From Eledone cirrhosa (lineage: Eukaryota), in the NCBI GenBank assembly GCA_964016885.1, contig OZ024744.1, forward strand, positions 118,606,001 through 118,670,000: a stretch of 64,000 nt of DNA, read 5' to 3'. The notes beneath the pieces are model-generated. The model had not been told where the DNA came from. It searched no databases and was given only the letters and a program-made list of their open reading frames with translations. Numbering within the stretch: position 1 is the stretch's first letter; each line of letters starts with the position of its first letter. The position numbers and the translations under genes are program-made. Shown here in pieces: positions 25,001 to 38,328 of this stretch.

Positions 25001-28000
25001 ACCTTACAGTGTGGACTGGGTTCTTTTTGTTATGACACCGACATGACCACTTTACAGTGTGTACTGGGTACTTTTTGTTGTGACATCTACATGACCACTT
25101 TACAGTGTGGACTGTGACCTTTTTGTCATGTCACCTACATGACCACTTTACAGTGTGTACTGGGTTCTTTTTCTTGTGACACCTAAATGACCACTTTACA
25201 GTGTGTACTGGGTACTTTTTGTTGTGACATCTACATGACCACCTTACAGTGTGGACTGGGTTCTTTTTGTTATGTCACCGACACGACCACATTCCAGTGT
25301 GTACTGGGTACTTTTTGTTGTGACATCTACATGACCACTTTACAGTGTGGACTGTGACCTTTTTGTCATGTCACCTACATGACCACTTTACAGTGTGTAC
25401 TGGGTACTTTTTGTTGTGACACTTACATGACCACTGTACAATGTGTACTGGTTACTTTTTGTTGTGACACCTACTTGACGACTTTACAGTGTGTACTGGG
25501 TACTTTTTATCGTGACACCTACATGACCACTTTACAGTGTGTACTGGGTACTCTTTATCGTGACACCTACATGACCACTTTACAGTGTGTACTGGGTACT
25601 TTTTGTTGTGACACCTACATGACCACTTTGCAGTGTGTACTGGGTCCTTTTTGTTGTGACATCTACATGACCACCTTACAGTGTGGACTGGGTTCTTTTT
25701 GTTATGACACCTACATGACCACATTACAGTTTGTACTGGGTACTTTTTGTTGTGACACCTACATGACCACTTTGCAGTGTGTACTGGGTACTTTTTGTTG
25801 TGACATTTACATGACCACCTTACAGTGTGGACTGGGTTCTTTTTGTTGTGACACCTACATGACCACTTTACAGTGTGTACTGGGTACTTTTTGTTGTGAC
25901 ATCTACATGACCACCTTACAGTGTGGACTGGGTTCTTTTTGTTATAACACCAACATAACCACTTTACAGTGTGTACTGGGTACTTTTTGTCATAACATCC
26001 ACATGACCACCTTACTGTATGTACTGGGTACTTTTTGTTGTGACAGCTACATAACCACTTTACAGTGTGTACTGGGTACTTTTTGTTGTGACACCTACAT
26101 GACCACCTTACAGTATGTACTGTGTACTTTTTGTTGTGACACCTACATGACCACTTTACAGTGTGTACTGGGTACTTTCTGTTGTGACATCTACATGACC
26201 ACCTTACAGTGTGGACTGTGTTCTTTTTGTTATGACACCATGACCAGTTTACAGTGTGTACTGGGTACTTTTTGTTGTGACATCTACATGACCACTTTAC
26301 TGTGTGGACTGTGACCTTTTTGTCATGTCACCTACATGACCACTTGACAGTGTGTACTGGGTCCTTTTTGTTGTGACACTTACATGACCACTGTACAATG
26401 TGTACTGGTTACTTTTTGTTGTGACACCTACATGACCACTTTACAGTGTGTACTGGGTACTTTTTGTTGTGACATCTACATGACCACGTTATAGTGTGGA
26501 CTGGGTTCTTTTTGTTGTGACACCGACATGACCACTTTACAGTGTGTACTGGGTACTTTTTGTTGTGACACCGACATGACCACTTTACAGTGTGTACTGG
26601 GTACATTTTGTTGTGACACCGACATAACCACTTTACAGTGTGTACTGGGTACTTTTTGTCATAACATCCACATGACCACCTTACTGTATGTACTGGGTAC
26701 TTTTTGTTGTGACATCTACATGACCACTTTACAGTGTGTACTGGGTTCTTTTTGTTGTGACACCTACATGACCACTTTACAGTGTGTACTGGGTACTTTT
26801 TGTTGTGACATCTACATGACCACCTTACAGTGTGGACTGGGTTCTTTTTGTTATGACACCGACATGACCACTTTACAGTGTGTACTGGGTACTTTTTGTT
26901 GTGACATCTACATGACCACTTTACAGTGTGGACTGTGACCTTTTTGTCATGTCACCTACATGACCACTTTACAGTGTGTACTGGGTTCTTTTTCTTGTGA
27001 CACCTACATGACCACTTTACAGTGTGTACTGGGTACTTTTTGTTGTGACATCTACATGACCACCTTACAGTGTGGACTGGGTTCTTTTTGTTATGTCACC
27101 GACATGACCACTTTACAGTGTGTACTGGGTACTTTTTGTTGTGACATCTACATGACCACTTTACAGTGTGTACTGGGTACTTTTTGTTGTGACATCTACA
27201 TGACCACTTTACAGTGTGGACTGTGACCTTTTTGTCATGTCACCTACATGACCACTTTACAGTGTGTACTGGGTACTTTTTGTTGTGACACTTACATGAC
27301 CACTGTACAATGTGTACTGGTTACTTTTTGTTGTGACACCTACTTGGCGACTTTACAGTGTGTACTGGGTACTTTTTATCGTGACATCTACATGACCACC
27401 TTACAGTGTGGACTGGGTTCTTTTTGTTATGACACCATGACCACTTTACAGTGTGTACTGGGTACTTTTTGTTGTGACATCTACATGACCACTTTACAGT
27501 GTGGACTGTGACCTTTTTGTCATGTCACCTACATGACCACTTTACAGTGTGTACTGGGTACTTTTTGTTGTGACATCTACATGACCACCTTATAGTGTGG
27601 ACTGGGTTCTTTTTGTTATGACACCGACATAACCACTTTACAGTGTGTACTGGGTACTTTTTGTCATAACATCCACATGACCACCTTACTGTATGTACTG
27701 TGTACTTTTTGTTGTGACACCTACATGACCACTTTACAGTGTGTACTGGGTACTTTTTGTTGTGACATCTACATGACCACTTTACAGTGTGGACTGTGAC
27801 CTTTTTGTCATGTCACCTACATGACCACTTTACAGTGTGTACTGGGTACTTTTTGTTGTGACACTTACATGACCACTGTACAATGTGTACTGGTTACTTT
27901 TTGTTGTGACACCTACTTGACGACTTTACAGTGTGTACTGGGTACTTTTTATCGTGACATCTACATGACCACCTTACAGTGTGGACTGGGTTCTTTTTGT

Positions 28001-31000
28001 TATGACACCATGACCACTTTACAGTGTGTACTGGGTACTTTTTGTTGTGACATCTACATGACCACTTTACAGTGTGGACTGTGACCTTTTTGTCATGTCA
28101 CCTACATGACCACTTTACAGTGTGTACTGGGTACTTTTTGTTGTGACATCTACATGACCACCTTATAGTGTGGACTGGGTTCTTTTTGTTATGACACCGA
28201 CATAACCACTTTACAGTGTGTACTGGGTACTTTTTGTCATAACATCCACATGACCACCTTACTGTATGTACTGTGTACTTTTTGTTGTGACACCTACATG
28301 ACCACTTTACAGTGTGTACTGGGTACTTTTTGTTGTGACACCTACATGACCACTTTACAGTGTGTACTGGGTACTTTTTGTTGTGACATCTACATGACCA
28401 CCTTACAGTGTGGACTGGGTTCTTTTTGTTATGTCACCGACATGACCACTTTACAGTGTGTACTGGGTACTTTTTGTTGTGACATCTACATGACCACTTT
28501 ACAGTGTGGACTGTGACCTTTTTGTCATGTTACCTACATGACCACTTTACAGTGTGTACTGGGTACTTTTTGTTGTGACACTTACATGAGCACTGTACAA
28601 TGTGTACTGGTTACTTTTTGTTGTGACACCTACTTGACGACTTTACAGTGTGTACTGGGTACTTTTTATCGTGACACCTACATGACCACATTACAGTTTG
28701 TACTGGGTACTTTTTGTTGTGACACCTACATGACCACCTTACAGTGTGGACTGGGTTCTTTTTGTTGTGACACCTACATGACCACTTTACAGTGTGTACT
28801 GGGTACTTTTTGTTGTGACATCTACATGACCACCTTACAGTGTGGACTGGGTTCTTTTTGTTATAACACCAACATAACCACTTTACAGTGTGTACTGGGT
28901 ACTTTTTGTCATAACATCCACATGACCACCTTACTGTATGTACTGGGTACTTTTTGTTGTGACAGCTACATAACCACTTTACAGTGTATACTGGGTACTT
29001 TTTGTTGTGACACCTACATGACCACCTTACAGTATGTACTGTGTACTTTTTGTTGTGACACCTACATGACCACTTTACAGTGTGTACTGGGTACTTTTTG
29101 TTGTGACATCTACATGAACACCATACAGTGTGGACTGGGTTCTTTTTGTTATGACAGCATGACCACTTTACAGTGTGTACTGTGTACTTTTTGTTGTGAC
29201 ATCTACATGACCACTTTACAGTGTGGACTGTGACCTTTTTGTCATGTCACCTACATGACCACTTGACAGTGTGTACTGGGTACTTTTTGTTGTGACACTT
29301 ACATGACCACTGTACAATGTGTACTGGTTACTTTTTGTTGTGACACCTACATGACCACTTTACAGTGTGTACTGGGTACTTTTTGTTGTGACATCTACAT
29401 GACCACGTTATAGTGTGGACTGGGTTCTTTTTGTTGTGACACCGACATGACCACTTTACAGTGTGTACTGGGTACTTTTTGTTGTGACACCGACATGACC
29501 ACTTTACAGTGTGTACTGGGTACATTTTGTTGTGACACCGACATAACCACTTTACAGTGTGTACTGGGTACTTTTTGTCATAACATCCACATGACCACCT
29601 TACTGTATGTACTGGGTACTTTTTGTTGTGACATCTACATGACCACTTTACAGTGTGGACTGTGACCTTTTTGTCATGTCACCTACATGACCACTTTACA
29701 GTGTGTACTGGGTACTTTTTGTTGTGACATCTACATGGCCACCTTATAGTGTGGACTGGGTTCTTTTTGTTATGACACCGACATAACCACTTTACAGTGT
29801 GTACTGGGTACTTTTTGTCATAACATCCACATGACCACCTTACTGTATGTACTGGGTACTTTTTGTTGTGACATCTACATGACCATCTTACAGTGTGGAC
29901 TGGGTTCTTTTTGTTATGACACCGACATGACCACTTTACAGTGTGTACTGGGTACTTTTTGTTGTGACGTCTACATGACCACTTTACAGTGTGTACTGGG
30001 TTCTTTTTGTTGTGACACCTACATGACCACTTTACAGTGTGTACTGGGTACTTTTTGTTGTGACATCTACATGACCACCTTACAGTGTGGACTGGGTTCT
30101 TTTTGTTATGACACCGACATGACCACTTTACAGTGTGTACTGGGTACTTTTTGTTGTGACATCTACATGACCACTTTATAGTGTGTACTGGGTACTTTTT
30201 GTCATAACATCCACATGACCACCTTACTGTATGTACTGGGTACTTTTTGTTGTGACAGCTACATAACCACTTTACAGTGTGTACTGGGTACTTTTTGTCG
30301 TGACACCTACATGACCACCTTACAGTATGTACTGTGTACTTTTTGTTGTGACACCTACATGACCACTTTACAAGGTGTACTGGGTAATTTTTGTTGTGAC
30401 ACCTACATGACCCCTTTACAGTGTGTACTGTGTACTTTTTGTTGTGACACCTACATGACCACTTTACAGTGTGTACTGGGTACTTTTTGTTGTGACACCT
30501 ACTTGACCACTTTACAGTGTGTACTGGGTACTTTTTATCGTGACACCTACATGACCACTTTACAGTGTGTACTGGGTACTTTTTGTTGTGACACCTACAT
30601 GACCACTTTGCAGTGTGTACTGGGTACTTTTTGTTGTGACATCTACATGACCACCTTACAGTGTGGACTGGGTTCTTTTTGTTATGACACCTACATGACC
30701 ACATTACAGTTTGTACTGGGTACTTTTTGTTGTGACACCTACATGACCACTTTGCAGTGTGTACTGGGTACTTTTTGTTGTGACATCTACATGACCACCT
30801 TACAGTGTGGACTGGGTTCTTTTTGTTGTGACACCTACATGACCACTTTACAGTGTGTACTGGGTACTTTTTGTTGTGACATCTACATGACCACCTTACA
30901 GTGTGGACTGGGTTCTTTTTGTTATAACACCAACATAACCACTTTACAGTGTGTACTGGGTACTTTTTGTCATAACATCCACATGACCACCTTACTGTAT

Positions 31001-34000
31001 GTACTGGGTACTTTTTGTTGTGACAGCTACATAACCACTTTACAGTGTGTACTGGGTACTTTTTGTTGTGATACCTACATGACCACCTTACAGTATGTAC
31101 TGTGTACTTTTTGTTGTGACACCTACATGACCACTTTACAGTGTGTACTGGGTACTTTCTGTTGTGACATCTACATGATCACCTTACAGTGTGGACTGGG
31201 TTCTTTTTGTTATGACACCATGACCACTTTACAGTGTGTACTGGGTACTTTTTGTTGTGACATCTACATGACCACTTTACAGTGTGGACTGTGACCTTTT
31301 TGTCATGTCACCTACATGACCACTTGACAGTGTGTACTGGGTACTTTTTGTTGTGACACTTACATGACCACTGTACAATGTGTACTGGTTACTTTTTGTT
31401 GTGACACCTACATGACCACTTTACAGTGTGTACTGGGTACTTTTTGTTGTGACATCTACATGACCACCTTACAGTGTGGACTGGGTTCTTTTTGTTATGA
31501 CACCATGACCACTTTACAGTGTGTACTGGGTACTTTTTGTTGTGACATCTACATGACCACTTTACAGTGTGGACTGTGACCTTTTTGTCATGTCACCTAC
31601 ATGACCACTTTACAGTGTGTACTGGGTACTTTTTGTTGTGACATCTACATGACCACCTTATAGTGTGGACTGGGTTCTTTTTGTTATGACACCGACATAA
31701 CCACTTTACAGTGTGTACTGGGTACTTTTTGTCATAACATCCACATGACCACCTTACTGTATGTACTGGGTACTTTTTGTTGTGACAGCTACATAACCAC
31801 TTTACAGTGTGTACTGGGTACTTTTTGTTGTGACATCTACATGACCACTTTACAGTGTGTACTGGGTTCTTTTTGTTGTGACACCTACATGACCACTTTA
31901 CAGTGTGTACTGGGTACTTTTTGTTGTGACATCTACATGACCACCTTACAGTGTGGACTGGGTTCTTTTTGTTATGACACCGACATGACCACTTTACAGT
32001 GTGTACTGGGTACTTTTTGTTGTGACATCTACATGACCACTTTATAGTGTGGACTGTGACCTTTTTGTCATGTCACCTACATGACCACTTTACAGTGTGT
32101 ACTGGGTACTTTTTGTTGTGACATCTACATGACCACTTTATAGTGTGGACTGTGACCTTTTTGTCATGTCACCTACATGACCACTTTACAGTGTGTACTG
32201 GGTACTTTTTGTTGTGACATCTACACGACCACGTTACGGTGTGTTCTGGGTTCTTTTTGTTGTGATACCTACATGACCACTTTACAGTGTGTACTGGGTA
32301 CTTTTTGTTGTGACATCTACATGACCACCTTACAGTGTGGACTGGGTTCTTTTTGTTATGACACCGACATAACCACTTTACAGTGTGTACTGGGTACTTT
32401 TTGTCATAACATCCACATGACCACCTTACTGTATGTACTGGGTACTTTTTGTTGTGACAGCTACATAACCACTTTACAGTGTGTACTGGGTACTTTTTGT
32501 TGTGACACCTACATGACCACCTTACAGTATGTACTGTGTACTTTTTGTTGTGACACCTACATGACCACTTTACAAGGTGTACTGGGTAATTTTTGTTGTG
32601 ACACCTACATGACCCCTTTACAGTGTATACTGGGTACTTTTTTTTGTGATACCTACATGACCACTTTACAGTGTGTACTGTGTACTTTTTGTTGTGACAC
32701 CTACATGACCACTTTACAGTGTGTACTGGGTACTTTTTGTTGTGACACCTACTTGACCACTTTACAGTGTGTACTGGGTACTTTTTATCGTGACACCTAC
32801 ATGACCACTTTACAGTGTGTACTGGGTACTTTTTGTTGTGACAGCTACATAACCACTTTACAGTGTGTACTGGGTACTTTTTGTTGTGACATCTACATGA
32901 CCACTTTACAGTGTGTACTGGGTTCTTTTTGTTGTGACACCTACATGACCACTTTACAGTGTGTACTGGGTACTTTTTGTTGTGACATCTACATGACCAC
33001 CTTACAGTGTGGACTGGGTTCTTTTTGTTATGACACCGACATGACCACTTTACAGTGTGTACTGGGTACTTTTTGTTGTGACATCTACATGACCACTTTA
33101 TAGTGTGGACTGTGACCTTTTTGTCATGTCACCTACATGACCACTTTACAGTGTGTACTGGGTACTTTTTGTTGTGACATCTACATGACCACTTTATAGT
33201 GTGGACTGTGACCTTTTTGTCATGTCACCTACATGACCACTTTACAGTGTGTACTGGGTACTTTTTGTTGTGACATCTACACGACCACGTTACGGTGTGT
33301 TCTGGGTTCTTTTTGTTGTGATACCTACATGACCACTTTACAGTGTGTACTGGGTACTTTTTGTTGTGACATCTACATGACCACCTTACAGTGTGGACTG
33401 GGTTCTTTTTGTTATGACACCGACATAACCACTTTACAGTGTGTACTGGGTACTTTTTGTCATAACATCCACATGACCACCTTACTGTATGTACTGGGTA
33501 CTTTTTGTTGTGACAGCTACATAACCACTTTACAGTGTGTACTGGGTACTTTTTGTTGTGACACCTACATGACCACCTTACAGTATGTACTGTGTACTTT
33601 TTGTTGTGACACCTACATGACCACTTTACAAGGTGTACTGGGTAATTTTTGTTGTGACACCTACATGACCCCTTTACAGTGTATACTGGGTACTTTTTTT
33701 TGTGATACCTACATGACCACTTTACAGTGTGTACTGTGTACTTTTTGTTGTGACACCTACATGACCACTTTACAGTGTGTACTGGGTACTTTTTGTTGTG
33801 ACACCTACTTGACCACTTTACAGTGTGTACTGGGTACTTTTTATCGTGACACCTACATGACCACTTTACAGTGTGTACTGGGTACTTTTTGTTGTGACAC
33901 CTACATGACCACTTTGCAGTGTGTACTGGGTACTTTTTGTTGTGACATCTACATGACCACTTTACAGTGTGTACTGGGTTCTTTTTGTTGTGACACCTAC

Positions 34001-34782
34001 ATGACCACTTTACAGTGTGTACTGGGTACTTTTTGTTGTGACATCTACATGACCACCTTACAGTGTGGACTGGGTTCTTTTTGTTATGACACCGACATGA
34101 CCACTTTACAGTGTGTACTGGGTACTTTTTGTTGTGACATCTACATAACCACTTTACTGTGTGGACTGTGACCTTTTTGTCATGTCACCTACATGACCAC
34201 TTTACAGTGTGTACTGTGTACTTTTTGTTGTGACACTTACATGACCACTGTACAATGTGTACTGGTTACTTTTTGTTGTGAGACATACATAACCACTTTA
34301 CAGTGTGTACTGGGTACTTTTTGTTGTGAGATGTAGATGACCACTTTAGATTGTACTGGGTACTTTTTGTTGTGACACCTACATGACCACTTTACAGTGT
34401 GTACTGTGTCCTTTTTGTTGTGATACCCATATGACCACTTCACAGTGTGTACTTGGTACTTTTTGTTATGACACGTACGTGAGTACTTTACAGTGTGTAC
34501 TGGGTACATTTTGTTGTGACACCTACATCACCACCTTACTGTGTGTACTGGGTACTTTTATTTGTGACACCTACATGACCACTTTACAGTGTGTACTGGG
34601 TACTTTTTGTTGTGAGACGTAGATGACCACTTTAGTTTGTACTGGGTACTTTTTGTTGAGACACCTACATGACCACTTTACAGTGTATCGTGTGTACTTT
34701 TTGTTGTGACACCCACATGATCACTTTACAGTGAGTGCTGGGTACTTTTTGTTGTGACACCTACATGACCACTTTACAGTGT
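19041..34782. repeat. 48-bp satellite, ~15.7 kb (~325 copies) with higher-order duplications
   Basis: Unit TTTTGTTGTGACACCTACATGACCACTTTACAGTGTGTACTGGGTACT; recurrent variant monomers, including a 45-bp unit. Confidence 0.98.
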
Positions 34783-35305
34783 AGAATCGAGCCTTCACTG
34801 GATGTATACTTCAGCTTGTTCATAGTCATCTTAGGTGGGATGACTACTTTTCTGCTTCTTCTCCAAATATTAGAGCATTAAAACCCTTTCAGAAATTCCC
34901 TTTCTCTCTGTTCCCTTTAAACAACAGCCAGCCTTTTTTTACAGATTTTAGAATAAACCAAAAGACAGAAATATCTTAGCAGTTTTGTCTGTGTGTTGCA
35001 GCCCAAACACCACCCCGCACCAACCATAGACCTTATCTCCCCCTCCCTTCCTATACAGTCAGATCTTCCCCCTCTTTACCTCTTCCCAACCCCTTTTCCT
35101 TGTTTTTCTCCTTTTTCTCTTTTTCTTTCATATTTCCATCAATATTTCTGTTATTTATACAACTGGGAATTGGTTTGGTAAATTATAATCAAGTCAGAAT
35201 ATACTGTAAATGTGGGAAATTCTTTAAATTATGGATTTTTTAGAAATTCCCACAATCCGATTATTTATATATATATTTTGTTATGTAATAAAGAATAGTA
35301 AGGAA

Positions 35306-35380
35306 CTTACTATTCTTTCTGATGACTGAAGACAGATATAAATATCTGTCCTCAAGAAACCACTGGTAAATGTAATAATT
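35306..35380 (+). ncRNA. Second-family hammerhead-like motif (degenerate)
   Basis: CUGAUGA (35319-35325), stem II UGAAGACAGAUA/UAUCUGUCCUCA, GAAA (35356-35359), near-palindromic CCACUGG, GUA^; stem I weak and 10.1-11.1 pair non-canonical. Confidence 0.4.
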
Positions 35381-35484
35381 ATCTTATATTGTTTATTACA
35401 TAATTAAAAAGCTCTGTAGCCTACATAGAGCACTCTCTTTTTCTTTACCTTTCCTATGGAAATACTTCATTTATATACATATAT

Positions 35485-35600
35485 ATTATATTATATATTA
35501 TATTATATATTATATTATATATTATATTATATTATATTATATTATATTATATATTATATTATATTATATTATATTATATTATATTATATTATATTATATT
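35485..35600. repeat. (ATATT)n pentanucleotide microsatellite
   Basis: Direct reading. Confidence 0.95.
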
Positions 35601-35849
35601 ACATATATATATAAATATATAATATATATATATTATATATATATATAAAATATTAGTAGAAGTTGTATTTAATTTGTTGGAAGTCCAAACATAAATGTTT
35701 ATAACTGAATTAAGAGCACTCAACAGATACTGGCGTAAATATTCAATGATATTAAATGTTGTCTTGGTTACCCTTGAAATATATATCATAAAATAAATAT
35801 GGTTTTATAAATATAGTTTCCATTTATTTAATATCCTTGTATATATAAA

Positions 35850-36022
35850 ATATATATATTATTCAAAATATTAACAAATGAAAAATATTCTCATAATCAA
35901 AATATGTTTTATTATATATATTTCAAAGGTACTGTGTTGTTTTTTCAGTACGTCCTCATTAGACAAAATCTATGTTTTGGATATATGACGTACTGCTATG
36001 ATCTTGATTATACAATTCCAGT
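35850..36022 (-). mobile_element. Further copy of the hammerhead-bearing Penelope-like repeat, core mutated
   Basis: Collinear with 7690-7865; the minus-strand core reads CUAAUGA instead of CUGAUGA, with stem II and GAAAUAUAUAUA retained. Confidence 0.6.
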
Positions 36023-36451
36023 ATTGGCAGTGATTTATTCATCAAATCTCAACATTTATATACCACAAATAATAATATGATAAACTTAAAGAAAAGGACG
36101 TAGAGCAAATTAGAGATATTAGAGGGGATGTAAAGAAGAGAAAAGGCAAGAAAAAATAAATAAATACATACATAAATAGATAAATGAATAAAAAATAAAT
36201 AAATGGATGAATGAATAAAAGAAATATGTAAAAAAAGAAAAGAGGAATAACGACAAAAGAGATGGACGGTTTGGGGAAAGTAAAGGGAATGAAGTGGGGT
36301 AAAGAAAATAAAGAAAACTAAGGGAACATCAAATAGAGGGGGATAGAGAAACCATTGTTTTCAAATGTTAGATCAAATAGGACATCTAATCAATTCACAT
36401 AAACAATTGAATATCTCTTGTATTTGATTATGCCTTAGCTAATTATCATTA

Positions 36452-36478
36452 TCTATAAAAGGCAGATTGTTGTTGCTG

Positions 36479-36519
<41 letters not shown>

Positions 36520-37166
36520 CATGTTCCATGTTTATACATTTGCATAATTTCAAACCGATTCGACTCAAAGTCTGTGAGAATGTTGTAAATGGTCTAACTT
36601 AGGTCAACGACTATTTATTCCATTCAAACTCACCCACAATTATGGAAATAATCGATAAAACTAAATACATGACGCTTTACCCCTCTAATAGAATCTGCTT
36701 ACCTCTCTCTACTCCCCTTTAAATTCGATAAAACTACATACATGCTTACAAACTTCCTTTAGGAACGCTGAAGAGAGAGAGAGAAGAGAGTGAGAGGGAG
36801 AGAGACAGAGAACATTTGTTTTTGAGTGTGGAACGGTCAAACATTTATTTACTTCAATGACAAAGAGAACTTAACTCTCACCCATATCACACCCCTCCCT
36901 ACTGTCTTAAATTTACTTGTGAATTTACTGTGAATTTACTGTGAATTTACTGTGAAACAATAAATTTCAACACTTCTTTGCACAGAGATAATATCCATAG
37001 GCGAAACTACAATTGTCACTGCTGGCGCAGCTCCTGCTTCGGCAGTCCAGGTCTGCAATTCATTCACCCAGTGCCTGGCAGACAAAAAAGTGCTGCCATA
37101 AAATGGGTGGTGCAACCTAACTTTGGTAACTTACTGACCCCGAGCAACGCCGAGCTTTAATGCTAG
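36452..37166 (+). mobile_element. Non-autonomous Helitron-like element
   Basis: A|TCTATAAAA start, internal (GT)n, subterminal GC-rich imperfect hairpin CCCGAGCAACGCCGAG, ends CTAG|T; no TSD. Confidence 0.65.
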
Positions 37167-37306
37167 TACTTATATATTATATCAAAATTAATCAGTATAC
37201 CCAAATTATTTTATTTAATTAAGATAATCTCTTTATAAAATCTTTACTATTTTTTAATTTTCATTTAATTCCTAGGATTAAACTGTTTTATTTCATTAAT
37301 TTAATT

Positions 37307-37492
37307 GTTTCTACTTTAGGCACAAGGCCAGCAATTACCCAGAGCATTACTGGTTCTTTATTTTATTGACCCCGTAAGGATGAAAGGCAAAGTAAACCTC
37401 AGCGGGATTTGAACTCAGAATGGCAAGGGCCGTAACTCTATACGTCAAAGCATAGCGTCCGACCCTCTACCGATACTGCCAATCCACCACTC
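37307..37492 (-). mobile_element. tRNA-derived SINE, full length with TSD
   Basis: Box A TGGCAGTATCGG, box B GAGTTCAAATCC, core GCCTTTCATCCTTACGGGGTC; flanked by a 21-bp direct repeat TTTTATTTCATTAATTTAATT (37286-37306 / 37493-37513). Confidence 0.88.
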
Positions 37493-37587
37493 TTTTATTT
37501 CATTAATTTAATTAAAGGTTATATTTACTTCTGTATTTACTTATTTTCATATATAGTTTCCTTTTAATGATAGTCTTATATTATTAA

Positions 37588-37770
37588 GATTGGCAGTATC
37601 GGTAGAGTCGGACACCATACTTTACGGCAAAGTTACATCCCTTTACGGATTGAGTTCAAATCCCGCCGAGGTTAACTTTGCCTTTCATCCTTACGGGGTA
37701 GATAAAATAAAGTACTAGTAATACACTGTGATAATTGCTGGCCTTGTGTCAAAAGTAGAAACAATTATTA
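37588..37770 (+). mobile_element. tRNA-derived SINE, same family
   Basis: Boxes A and B, same core, tail GCCTTGTGTCAAAAGTAGAAACAATTATTA. Confidence 0.85.
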
Positions 37771-37913
37771 AGAGTTATGGCCCTTTATGGTCTGAGTTCA
37801 AATCCCACCGAGGTTAACTTTGCCTTTCATCCTTACGGGGTCGATAAAATAAAGTACCAGTAATGCACTGATTTATTGCTGGCCTTGTGCCAAAAGTAGA
37901 AACAATTATTATT
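37771..37913 (+). mobile_element. 5'-truncated SINE copy in tandem
   Basis: Box B, core and (ATT)n tail; lacks box A. Confidence 0.82.
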
Positions 37914-38328
37914 CTACATATTTCATATCTAATATAATTTTAGCAAGCTAGTCAAAAAGAAAAGAAATTTTTACGGACAATGTAGACAAAAGGAAGATAA
38001 CTCATTCACCATATACAAATATTTAAAACTTAAAAACTTAAAATATATAAATATATATATTATATATGTTATATATATATAACATATATAAAATATATAA
38101 AATTATTATAATTAGACTGAAATAGTTCAATATAAAACAAGAAATTTAATTACTGCATTAATTAGTAATACAAAATTGTACTTGCTAATTATATGAAATA
38201 ATTATAAGACTTAATTGCAGACCAACACAGCAAGTAAATTAGAATAATAAACTATTTGAGTTAGGTAAAAAATATTGTTATTTAGGTTAGTGTAACCTAT
38301 TTATGATTGGTAAAATGGAGATTTACTA

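Noticed and set aside
19236-34622. Cys-rich 16-aa repeat ORFs (metallothionein/keratin-associated-like)
   Set aside because: 48-bp satellite with recurrent stops, ORFs on both strands and no splice context or unique flanking domain.
37400-37680. tRNA genes
   Set aside because: A/B boxes belong to SINE heads; no cloverleaf acceptor stem, and they are followed by SINE core and tail.
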